A stretch of DNA of 64,000 nt, from the NCBI GenBank assembly GCA_044344255.1, contig JBIJDH010000016.1:32001-96000 (forward strand), in the 5' to 3' direction. Both the position numbers and the translations under genes were made by a program. Under the pieces are notes generated by a model. The model had not been told where the DNA came from and ran no database searches. It saw only the letters and a list, made by a program, of their open reading frames with translations. Shown here piece after piece: positions 18,783 through 29,305 of the stretch. This stretch comes from Myxococcota bacterium (GTDB lineage: Bacteria > Myxococcota_A > UBA796 > UBA2385). Position 1 is the first letter of the stretch. Each line of letters begins with the position of its first letter.

Positions 18783-20206
18783 TGGTGCGGAAAGGCAAAG
18801 GTGACGGTGACGGCGCCATATCCGTGGGCGGTGGCCTCGGGGTCGCCATACCAGGCCTCGGTGGACTGGTCGGTCTCATAGACGGGGTCGGCGACGACGG
18901 AGAATCCCCGAGTGGAGCGCGCCCGGGCAGGGGCGGAGGCAGGGTCTCCGAGGGCCACCGGCGAGGAGATGACATGGACGAGCTCGACGCGCCCTTTGTG
19001 ATTATCTACCTGGATGGACTGGTCGGCGCTTGGCAGCGCATACTCCCCGGCGCGGCTCACCACCAACCCCTCGGGCCGCTCGGGCATCACCATCTTCTCC
19101 CCGGCCGAATTTTCAAAGACCAGATAGAGGTGGGCCGGGCCATCGACGGTGGCAAAAAAACGCAGCCGGTCTCCGTGTGTCACCGGGTCGCCAGTCTTCA
19201 GTTCGTGCTTGTCTGCAGTTCGGAGGACTTTCGGTTCGAGTCGCCGTGGTGGAACGGCGACGGGGGTGGCGGGGATGGATCCTGCTTTGCCGGAGGTGAC
19301 CGCTGAGTCGGCCTGCTGTAGCCACTGGTCGAGCGCGGCGAGCTGTCGTCCGTACTCCTCTGCGGAGATGGCGAAGCGTTCGTACTGTTGACAAAGGACG
19401 CGAGCCTGGTTGAGGTGCCCTGTGACCCGATTGCCCAGCTCGATGTCCGCTCTCCCGCCGATTCGAGCCGCCCTGTCTTCGAGCGGGCCGAGCGCGCTAC
19501 ATCCGTCTACCCAGTGGGTCTCCTCGACTGCGCGACCCCCCACGTGTACGACGCTGGTGACTGGCTGGGGACCTTTCGCCGACATGCGTTGATCGATGCC
19601 CACCGTATCTCCTGAGGCGGTGAAGGATTGAATGATTACAAAGTCACCTCCCACATGGGTGCGATAGGTCATTGTGACGGCGGCCAAGTCTCCTTGCGAG
19701 CTGAGCTCGACACGGAGCTCCGGTCCGCTGTCGCCGGAGTCTCGAAGGATCACGCCCGCACCGCCGAGCGCACCCAACAGTTGGCTCCGGAAGAGGCGGC
19801 TCTCGGGGCCGCTGAGACCGACGACGTGGAGCGCGTCGGTCCCGGCGCGGGCCGCTACATCGCGGGCGGCCTTGGCGAGGGTCGCGTCCAACTTCGCCTG
19901 GTCTGCAGAGCGCCGCTCGAGCAGCACCCTCTCAGCGCCAGCGAGGGCGCAGACCTTTCGGTTCTCCCAGACCCCCTCCTGCCAGTCTCGGACATATCGG
20001 CCGAGGTCCGCACAGCGAGACGCGGTCTGTCCGGAGCAGATCTGTCCGATGAGTCGTTGATGGGCATCTTCCCGAGCCTCGCGGCGGGCGTCGGCCTCGT
20101 TGCCGCGGCCGTACCCGACCGCCACCACCCAACCGGCGGGGGGGACCAGCTCACAGTCGCCGGCGGCTTGGGCGGTGAGGAACGTGGTGATCAAGAGGGC
20201 GATCAT
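18779..20206 (-). CDS. Secreted LPP20-like/DUF4384 domain protein
   Basis: Signal peptide AQA. C..VPPAGW...AR..A.QRL...IC.G...RC is shared with 28052-29302. C-terminal GDRLRF....PAHLYLVFENSAGE..VMP (DUF4384 pattern). Confidence 0.75.
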   Translation of the reverse strand: MIALLITTFLTAQAAGDCELVPPAGWVVAVGYGRGNEADARREAREDAHQRLIGQICSGQTASRCADLGRYVRDWQEGVWENRKVCALAGAERVLLERRSADQAKLDATLAKAARDVAARAGTDALHVVGLSGPESRLFRSQLLGALGGAGVILRDSGDSGPELRVELSSQGDLAAVTMTYRTHVGGDFVIIQSFTASGDTVGIDQRMSAKGPQPVTSVVHVGGRAVEETHWVDGCSALGPLEDRAARIGGRADIELGNRVTGHLNQARVLCQQYERFAISAEEYGRQLAALDQWLQQADSAVTSGKAGSIPATPVAVPPRRLEPKVLRTADKHELKTGDPVTHGDRLRFFATVDGPAHLYLVFENSAGEKMVMPERPEGLVVSRAGEYALPSADQSIQVDNHKGRVELVHVISSPVALGDPASAPARARSTRGFSVVADPVYETDQSTEAWYGDPEATAHGYGAVTVTFAFPHQ

Positions 20207-20290
20207 GGGCCTGCCCGACGGTTCAATGGGGAGTTCTAAGGGGGATGGGATCTGGTGGGACTTGGTCTTTTGGTCGGATTCAGGTGGCGT

Positions 20291-23200
20291 TCAGGGGGGA
20301 CAGGTCACGTGGGGACCGCCTGTGTACCCCGGGTAGGCGCAGCGGATAACTGTGGTTGCCCGTAACCTTGGGTTCCATACGCAGTCGTTACAATCCGAGG
20401 GGAGAGAGCCCCAGCTCACCTCCCAGTCCGAATTGAAGGTGGCGCTCCCGGTACAGAAGCCAAGCTCCAAGTTGTCGTCGCCGTTGCCCGCGGAGTAGCT
20501 GCAGGTGACGCTCTCTGCGTCAGAGCCAAGGAGCGCGTCCGCTCCGTTATTGATAATTGCGCTGTACCGAATCGACGCGTTGCCGGCCCTGACGCCGCTG
20601 TCCGTGCAATCGGCGACGGTGAGGAAGTCGGCGTCGAGCGTGGCGAGGTCAACGATGCCCTCACCCATGTGTCCCGCCAAGAGCATCGTCACGATGGACA
20701 GGTCAGACTGCTCGTCAGCATAGATCGCAGCGGTGACCGACTCCTTCTCTGAATATCCGTCCGTAAATACAACCTCATCGAGGCTGGCGGATGACTCCGT
20801 GAACGAGATGTGGCCGAAGATGGTATCGAGCGCCACTGTGGAGCCGGTCATTCGAGAGTCTGACATCTCTACGCCGATGAAGCTCGTGTTAGCAGCGGAC
20901 ATTGAAGCGAGGGGGGCGAACGGTGCTTCCACGTCCGAGATGGTGCTGTTCAACACGGTGAGGTTCCCCACGTTGTCGGCCGATAGCCAGGCGGCGCTCG
21001 AACCAGCCTTGCACGCAGAGAAGTCGCCGCTCAAGCCCAGATTGCCGACGGAGCTCGCGTAGATCGCGCCGCCGGATTGCACGGCCTCAAGGTTGGAGGC
21101 CACCAGATCTCCGAAGGAGACGGAGGCAGAAGCTTCCACCGAGATCGCTCCGCCGAGCAGCGCCGACGGGACGCCGGCGGTCCCTGTGAAGGTCGCGGGC
21201 CACATCTCGAAGTCCGTCAGGCCATAGAGGTAGAGCCCGCCTCCATTCGCGCTGGCGGTGTTGTCGGTGAAGGTGGGTCCATAGATCTCGACCTGACCGC
21301 CGGTGAGCGCGACCCCGCCCCCATAGGCGGCGGTGTTGTCCGTGGCCACCAGCCCTCCGCTGACCTCAGTGTGGTGGAGGGTGGTGACGAAGGCGCCGCC
21401 GCCGCTCTGGCTCGCGGTGTTCCGCTCGAGGAGGAGCTCCGAGAGGTAGCTCGTGTTGGTGAGCAGGTAGAGCCCGCCGCCGGAGCGGGCCTCGTTGTCG
21501 GTGAGGGTGAGGTGGTCGAGCGCGGCGTTGTTGACGGCGGCGGCGTAGAGGCCGCCGCCGTCCGAGTTCGCGACGCAGTCGTGGATCTGTGCCGAGGACA
21601 TCGTCAGCTCTGCGTCGGCGGAGGCGAAGGCGCCCCCTCCTTCGGCGCCGGAGGTACACCGGTCGATCTCAACTGCGGCGAGCAGCGCAGTGTTGGTGGC
21701 CGAGACGAACAGCCCCCCTCCCTCCTGCTCCGCCGCACAGCCGGTGACGTTGATCCCGATGAGGGAAAGGTCGAGACCGACGGCGGCCAGCCCACCCCCT
21801 TGCTCAGCGGCGAAGCCGGACAGGGCGGCGCAGGACACCGTGGTCTCCTGGATGCTGCCGTTCGCCGAAGCGGACAGGAAGGCGGCCCCTCCCGGTCCGG
21901 TGGTGGTGGTGCTGTCGGAGAAGCTGCTGTCGCTCAGCTCGATCGCGGTGCCCCTGGCTCCAACTCCGACGAGGTAGACTGAGCCGCCGCCAGTCGCCGC
22001 CTGATCGCCGGTCCCTGTCCATCCGCTGAGGGTGAAGGCGCTCCCAACCACATAGGCACCTCCGCCGTGGCCGCCCACCGCTCGGTTGGCCGTCGATTGG
22101 ATGTTGGTGAGCGTCGCCTGCACGGGCAAGAGCAGCGCGCCGCCGCCGTCCGCGCCGGCCTGATTGAGGCTGAAGATCAGGCCGTCGGCGGTGAGCTGGT
22201 CTCCCACCCAGTGGGCGCCTCCCCCGCTGACGCCCGCGACGTTCTCCTGGAGGGTCTGTCCCGACATCACGCCGCTGGCGGCGACGATGTACAGGCCGCC
22301 GCCGTTGTTGGCCGCTTGATTTCCGAGCCAAGAACCGAGACCGCCGATGTCGAGCGACCGCGTCACGATCGAGGCTCCGCCGCCGTTCTGCCCGGCTATA
22401 TTTTCGGTCACGGTCAGGCCGTCGAGGATGAGCGCGTCGCCCGAAGCCGCGAAGGCGCCGCCATCGAGGGCGCTCATGTTCCCTCCGAAGGCGGAGCTTC
22501 GAATTGTCGCTTGAGCGAAGCTGTGGATACCGAGCGCGCCCCCGGCGGCGCCGCTCTCGTTGTTCGTGGCGGTGAGGCCTTCGAGCTCTATCGTGAGGGC
22601 GGAGAGCTCGACGGGGGACGAGAGGCCGGAGGCGCACCCATCGACCACCAGCCCCGAGTGCGCGGACGTGATCCCGGACTGATGGAGGAGCGCCGGAGCG
22701 CTCTCCGAATGGACGTCTTGCAAGTGCACGTCAATGGTCCGGAGGGAGCCACCCAGCTGGCCGAATCCACCCAGTCCGTCACCCCCCCCGAGGAAGCGCA
22801 GGTCGCTCAGCACCACCTCATCAGCATCTCCGGCGACGAGCGTGAGGAAGGACCCGCCGAGGCCGTCGAGCGTCGCCGGACCGTCCGGGGCTTGGAGGCG
22901 GAGCGCTCGGCCCGCCGCTCCACCTTCGGGCGCCGCGGTGTCCTCGACGCCCTCTCCGGAGTCCACGTTCGAGCCGGTGTCGGCCGTCGAGCCGTCGCTC
23001 CCCACTCCACCCAGGTCACCCAGGTCGAGGAGGAGCCGCTCTTGATAGGTCCCGGGGAGGATGCTGACCACCGGGCAGAGGCTCACCGAGGAGAGGGCCG
23101 CCCCGACGGTTGGGAGGGCGTGCTCTCGATCGGCGCCGGTCTGTTGGGTGGGGTCGGCCGAGGTGCTGGAGTTGACGTAGAGGATGCGGAGCCCGTCACC

Positions 23201-24082
23201 GTCAGACTCGAAGCCGTCGAGGCCGTGTTCTTCCGTGGCGGCCCGGGGATCATAGTCGGAGACGGTGTAGCTACCGCTGCAGTTCTGGTCAATGAGGTCA
23301 CAGAATTCAGGCGCTCCCTCGTAGATGCTGGGGTCAAGGTCGAAACAATCCTCGCCTTCGACAGCGGACGGGAGATCCTGAAGGCGCAAGCCGGTTGTCC
23401 GGTTCGTCACCGCCGAGCAGGCCGAGCCGCTGGGCCATCCCCCGGGTTGACCGTCGCCGTCGAAGTCCTCATCGGAGGTGGCTGGGTCGCAGTCGTTGTC
23501 AATCCCGTCGTACATCAGCTCGGGGCAGTCCAGGCCGGCGCCGTTTGACACGGTCTGGCGCTCGTCCATTCCGGGGTGAACCTGATCGCGACAGTCATCG
23601 CAGTCGATCCCATCGAAGTGGTCGCTGGCGATGACCCCGTCTCGGTCCCAGTCGGCGACATCGATGACGCCGTCACAGTCGTTGTCCTTGCCGTCGGTCG
23701 CGGAGGCAGGGACGCCTCCGCTCGGGCAGACCGAGCCCTCCACCGAGACGAGGTCGAGGGGGTGTTCTGTGGTGTCGTCTTCGTCCGGGGGGTGAACGGC
23801 AGCGTCCGCGTCATCACAGTCGCGGAAGAGCGCCTCGTCTACTCCGGGAGGCAGAAAGTAGCCTTCGACACCGCTCGAGGCCCGCTCGAGGCAACGGACA
23901 TCCCACCAGCCGTCGTCGTCGCCGTCCCCGCGAAGGTCTCGGTCGTAGGGCCCACAGTCCACGGCGTTCGGGGTGCCGTCTCCGTCATAGTCTGCCGTAT
24001 CCGAGGGCTTCAGAGACGCCCCGCCCTCGCAGGCGACGAGGATGCTGATCAAGGCCGCGACACGGCGGTAGCTTCGGGGCAT
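20291..24082 (-). CDS. Large lipoprotein with MopE-type metal-binding repeats and a right-handed beta-helix (GGA/PMP-like repeats)
   Basis: Lipobox ILVAC, DCDD...HP and DG.DNDCDG repeats, LYV...PGTY.E beta-helix cap, and many N.A..GGG(L/A)Y repeats. Confidence 0.85.
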   Translation of the reverse strand: MPRSYRRVAALISILVACEGGASLKPSDTADYDGDGTPNAVDCGPYDRDLRGDGDDDGWWDVRCLERASSGVEGYFLPPGVDEALFRDCDDADAAVHPPDEDDTTEHPLDLVSVEGSVCPSGGVPASATDGKDNDCDGVIDVADWDRDGVIASDHFDGIDCDDCRDQVHPGMDERQTVSNGAGLDCPELMYDGIDNDCDPATSDEDFDGDGQPGGWPSGSACSAVTNRTTGLRLQDLPSAVEGEDCFDLDPSIYEGAPEFCDLIDQNCSGSYTVSDYDPRAATEEHGLDGFESDGDGLRILYVNSSTSADPTQQTGADREHALPTVGAALSSVSLCPVVSILPGTYQERLLLDLGDLGGVGSDGSTADTGSNVDSGEGVEDTAAPEGGAAGRALRLQAPDGPATLDGLGGSFLTLVAGDADEVVLSDLRFLGGGDGLGGFGQLGGSLRTIDVHLQDVHSESAPALLHQSGITSAHSGLVVDGCASGLSSPVELSALTIELEGLTATNNESGAAGGALGIHSFAQATIRSSAFGGNMSALDGGAFAASGDALILDGLTVTENIAGQNGGGASIVTRSLDIGGLGSWLGNQAANNGGGLYIVAASGVMSGQTLQENVAGVSGGGAHWVGDQLTADGLIFSLNQAGADGGGALLLPVQATLTNIQSTANRAVGGHGGGAYVVGSAFTLSGWTGTGDQAATGGGSVYLVGVGARGTAIELSDSSFSDSTTTTGPGGAAFLSASANGSIQETTVSCAALSGFAAEQGGGLAAVGLDLSLIGINVTGCAAEQEGGGLFVSATNTALLAAVEIDRCTSGAEGGGAFASADAELTMSSAQIHDCVANSDGGGLYAAAVNNAALDHLTLTDNEARSGGGLYLLTNTSYLSELLLERNTASQSGGGAFVTTLHHTEVSGGLVATDNTAAYGGGVALTGGQVEIYGPTFTDNTASANGGGLYLYGLTDFEMWPATFTGTAGVPSALLGGAISVEASASVSFGDLVASNLEAVQSGGAIYASSVGNLGLSGDFSACKAGSSAAWLSADNVGNLTVLNSTISDVEAPFAPLASMSAANTSFIGVEMSDSRMTGSTVALDTIFGHISFTESSASLDEVVFTDGYSEKESVTAAIYADEQSDLSIVTMLLAGHMGEGIVDLATLDADFLTVADCTDSGVRAGNASIRYSAIINNGADALLGSDAESVTCSYSAGNGDDNLELGFCTGSATFNSDWEVSWGSLPSDCNDCVWNPRLRATTVIRCAYPGYTGGPHVTCPP

Positions 24083-24171
24083 CGTTCGCATCCTGCCTTG
24101 CCTCTGGGAATGTCCCAAAACCCCCGTACATCGCGGGGTCGCGGGCATCGTACCACTCGGAACGCGGAGAA

Positions 24172-24187
24172 AGCAAGCCGCGTGCCA
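24172..24187 (-). promoter_or_regulatory. sigma54 (-24/-12) promoter
   Basis: Minus strand TGGCACG-CGGC-TTGCT is a perfect consensus match, intergenic and upstream of ATG 24082. Confidence 0.9.
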
Positions 24188-24291
24188 CTCTCGAGCGAGC
24201 GAAATTCGCGGCGTGCGTCCGCGTGGCTGCATTCGGTGGGTCCCTTGTGCGTGCGCGCGGCACGCGGGCCCCGTCCGGTGCATACGCGTGG

Positions 24292-26004
<1,713 letters not shown>

Positions 26005-26066
26005 GCGGCGGGCTCCACGGGGGAGGCCGATTGTGCCAGAGCGACTGGCGGGCCGGCAAGCTCAGG

Positions 26067-26879
26067 TCACCACTCCCTGACGACCACCGCGCCGACTATC
26101 AGACCGCCGGACAGGGCGGTGAGCGCATATCCGGAGAGGGCAGAGGCCCGGTTCAGGCTGTCCATTCTGTCCGCTCGGTCGTCATCGGCCTCGGCGCGGA
26201 ACTCCGAGCGGCTCCAGCCGGCGAGCGCCAGCCCGCCCGCTCCCAGCAGCGCGGCGGCGCCGCCAGATGCCGCGATCCACCGAGAGCGGTGGCCCGTCGG
26301 TGAGAGGAGGGGCGGAGGGAGAGGGTCTCTCCCGCTGATGAGGAGGTAAGAGTCTGTCACCCGGCCCTGCTGGGTCTGTTGGATCGTGAGCGCTTGTCCG
26401 CTGGGGATGGTGGAGCCGCCGGGCAGGCCGTCCAACAGCCAGAATCCGCTGGCGACAGGAATTGGGGGGCCGGTTGGCTTGTCCGCCTCGTTCCAGAGGG
26501 ATCGAAGGCGGCCGCCCTCGGGCATGAGGATCGGGTCTGGCATGAACGCGGGGTCGACGCGGCGAGCAGACCGGAATCCAGCGGACACCGCGGGGAGATC
26601 TTGTTGATCAAAAGCTACGAGGGCGAGCGCGAAGTGCAACCGGGCCGCTGCGGGGGGAGAGACCGCTTCGGTCAGGCAGCTCACTTCCGCTCGGAGTGTG
26701 TCCCCCTCGGACTGCAGCCGCTCCTGATCCTGGGCGGCGCGCGCCGCCTCAATCTGGGCCGAGCGGGCCAACAGGTCAGAGGAGCGGGCGGGACAGACCG
26801 GCGTAATGGGCGGTGCGGCCGCCGCCGTGGCCACGAATCGGGTGAGGACGAGTAGGTGGAGGACGGAGAAGGGGAGCAT
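26067..26879 (-). CDS. Exported hypothetical protein with a TPR-like helix pair and C-terminal hydrophobic hairpin
   Basis: Hydrophobic N-terminus, AARLHFALAL....AGFRSAR, and two C-terminal Gly-rich hydrophobic segments ending in W. Confidence 0.7.
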   Translation of the reverse strand: MLPFSVLHLLVLTRFVATAAAAPPITPVCPARSSDLLARSAQIEAARAAQDQERLQSEGDTLRAEVSCLTEAVSPPAAARLHFALALVAFDQQDLPAVSAGFRSARRVDPAFMPDPILMPEGGRLRSLWNEADKPTGPPIPVASGFWLLDGLPGGSTIPSGQALTIQQTQQGRVTDSYLLISGRDPLPPPLLSPTGHRSRWIAASGGAAALLGAGGLALAGWSRSEFRAEADDDRADRMDSLNRASALSGYALTALSGGLIVGAVVVREW

Positions 26880-26894
26880 GGGGTCTCTCAGGGA

Positions 26895-28004
26895 CTAAGG
26901 TGCGGTCCGGGCGACGCGGAGGCCGAAGGTCTCGAGTCCCTCGCGAGGGTCGTAGTAGCCACGACGGGCGAGCCGAAGGCGGTCGGGCGGGCTATCCCAG
27001 GCCCCTCCCCGGAGGATTCGGCTGTCTTCACCCTCTGTCCCCGTGGGGCCGACGGGATCGGTTGATTCGTCGGCATAGGTCGCTCCGGACCCGTCGTACC
27101 AGTCGTTACACCACTCCCATACATTGCCGGCGATGTCCACAAGCCCAAGATCATTCGTATCGAGCTCGCCGACGGGGTGGACAGCGGCGGCGTTGTCGCA
27201 GTAGTGGCCGAAGTCGTCGATGGAGCCAGCGGTCAGGTCACCCGCCCAGCACGCGCCGGCGCCGAGGGTGCTGAGCTCCGACCCGTTCTGGAAGGCGGCC
27301 TCTACGCCGGCGCGGGCGGCGTACTCCCACTCCGCCTCGGTTGGGAGCCGGTATCCATCGCAGTTGTAGAAATCAATGAGCGGCTCCCAGACGGGATCCG
27401 CGGAAGAGCCGCTGTTCACGTAGCAGGCGTCCAGGCCCTCCAGGGTGGAGAGCGTCACGACGAAAGACACCGCGTCATGCCAACGGAGGCCGCCCGCCGC
27501 GCAATCGTCGGCCAGGCAGCCGCCATCTTCGGGTGGGTCTTCACCCATCACCCACCGATATTGCCCTCGGGTCAGCTCGCTCCGGGCGATCTGGAAGTCG
27601 TGTGTCAACTCGACGGGGTGCCTCTCCTCATCCGCCGCGACCCTTCCAAGCTCGGTATTGGGTGAGCCCATCTCGAAGCTTCCGTGCGGTACGTTGACGA
27701 GGTCGAGCGTGAAGGGGGGCTCCCCCGTGTCCCCACCTCCGTCGGTTCCGTCGGTTCCGTCGGTTCCGTCGGTTCCGTCGGTTCCGTCGGTGCCGTCGGT
27801 GCCGTCGGTTCCGTCGGTTCCGTCGGTTCCGTCGGTTCCGTCGGTTCCGTCGGTTCCGTCGGTGCCGTCCGCGCCGTCCACCGAGCCAGTTCCGCCTGTG
27901 TCACCGTCCCCATCCCCGCTCGCTCCGTCGCGTAAGAGCTCCTGCCGGGCTGCACGGTCGGCCTCGGTGATGAGACAGGCGGAGAGCAGGAGGAGGATGA
28001 TCAT
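26895..28004 (-). CDS. FGE-sulfatase domain lipoprotein with (GTD)n linker
   Basis: Lipobox LLSAC, F.MGS, RLPTEAEWEYAARAG, GNVWEWC.DWY, RGGAW...G.RVAR. Start placed at ATG 28004. Confidence 0.9.
   Translation of the reverse strand: MIILLLLSACLITEADRAARQELLRDGASGDGDGDTGGTGSVDGADGTDGTDGTDGTDGTDGTDGTDGTDGTDGTDGTDGTDGTDGTDGGGDTGEPPFTLDLVNVPHGSFEMGSPNTELGRVAADEERHPVELTHDFQIARSELTRGQYRWVMGEDPPEDGGCLADDCAAGGLRWHDAVSFVVTLSTLEGLDACYVNSGSSADPVWEPLIDFYNCDGYRLPTEAEWEYAARAGVEAAFQNGSELSTLGAGACWAGDLTAGSIDDFGHYCDNAAAVHPVGELDTNDLGLVDIAGNVWEWCNDWYDGSGATYADESTDPVGPTGTEGEDSRILRGGAWDSPPDRLRLARRGYYDPREGLETFGLRVARTAP
27739..27864. repeat. 9-bp tandem repeat (CCGTCGGTK)x14 encoding GTD repeats
   Basis: Fourteen consecutive units counted in the sequence. 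Confidence 0.95.
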
Positions 28005-28051
28005 TCGAGGTCGCTCGTCTATGGGCGGTGGGCGTTGACCTGAGCGGGGGC

Positions 28052-29302
28052 TCAAGGGCTACGTGGAGGGCCGGTGAGCGTGGCGCAGAGCGGCGCCGCC
28101 TCCAGCGTGGCTACTACGTCAGGGAGAGCGTATGGGGCTTTGCCACATCGGCCCTCTCCCGGCCCGAGGGTCTTGTAGCCTGCCACTCCGAGCGCGGCGG
28201 TTTGGGAGGGATACAGAGACGGGCCCATCGGACGGGGTGAGCGGCAGTACGCCTGCCATCCCTCTGCCGGCCCGAAGCTCTGCCCTTCGGGCACTGCGAC
28301 CGCCACGAGCCGCTCTTCGGCCCCATCGGGCAGCCGAATGGGGATCAGTGCGCTCTCGCCCTCTAATAGTACCGTGCCTTCCATGGCTTGTTCGAACGGG
28401 GACCCAGGCGGCGGCCAGACGAGCCACGTGCGTTGATCGGGCAATACACTGTAGATCCGAACCCGTGCCGGCCTGCTCACCCAGATCGTCGCGTTGATTG
28501 GACTTCCTTCGCAGGCAAAGCCGTCTGAGGTTTCGAGGTCGACCCCGACCCGGAGCTCTCCGGCACCCAGCTTCTCACCGTTCTTCAGGCCGAGGGCCGC
28601 GTCCGAGGCGCACTCCCTGGCTTCTTCGTCGGTGACGGAGAGGAGGTCGGCGGGGATCGAGAAGCCGCCGATTGGGCGGTCCAGCCTGTTGGCGTCGGTG
28701 AGGACCGCGTCTACCTGAAGCGAGCTCCCAACCATGACGAGGTTGAGGTGGAGGTGGTTCGCGCCGGCTTCCCGCCGGTCGTTCGCGACGAGGCGGACGT
28801 TGGAGTGGCGCGCCAAGGAGGCGCGGAGCGCGGAGATGATCGGCAGCCCGGCGCTGGCGACACATCCGGCCGGCCATGTCGGCTTGTCGATGTCGAGAGG
28901 GACCGTCCCCGTGCCCTGAGCGATTGAATCAGCGAGCCGCCGAAGCTCCTCGCGAAAGGCCATGGTATCGGACTCGTAGCTGTCCTCGTATTTTCGCTCT
29001 ATCGAATAGATTGTGCAGGCGAGCTTTGCCTTTTCATCCCAGCCCCAGGTGAACTCCAGCATGTGACGCTGGAGGTAGGTGCACCGAGGGCTGTCCGGCG
29101 CCATCCCTGCGCAGATTCGGTCGCGGAGTCGCTGGCGGGCCTCGTCGCGGGCGTCTTGGAGCGCCACGTCCTGCCGGCGGTGGCGGCCGATGCCGTAGTC
29201 CTGGGACCAACCGGCGGGTGGGACCTTTGGACACAGGCGGTTCACCGTGAGGTCCTCCTGGCCCTCCCCAGCGAGCGCAGCCTGGAGCAGCAGCCACCAC
29301 AT
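28052..29302 (-). CDS. Secreted Cys-rich LPP20-like/DUF4384-like protein
   Basis: Signal peptide MWWLLLQAALA. Full-length paralog of 7361-8545 and N-terminal paralog of 18779-20206. Confidence 0.75.
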   Translation of the reverse strand: MWWLLLQAALAGEGQEDLTVNRLCPKVPPAGWSQDYGIGRHRRQDVALQDARDEARQRLRDRICAGMAPDSPRCTYLQRHMLEFTWGWDEKAKLACTIYSIERKYEDSYESDTMAFREELRRLADSIAQGTGTVPLDIDKPTWPAGCVASAGLPIISALRASLARHSNVRLVANDRREAGANHLHLNLVMVGSSLQVDAVLTDANRLDRPIGGFSIPADLLSVTDEEARECASDAALGLKNGEKLGAGELRVGVDLETSDGFACEGSPINATIWVSRPARVRIYSVLPDQRTWLVWPPPGSPFEQAMEGTVLLEGESALIPIRLPDGAEERLVAVAVPEGQSFGPAEGWQAYCRSPRPMGPSLYPSQTAALGVAGYKTLGPGEGRCGKAPYALPDVVATLEAAPLCATLTGPPRSP

Positions 29303-29305
29303 GGC

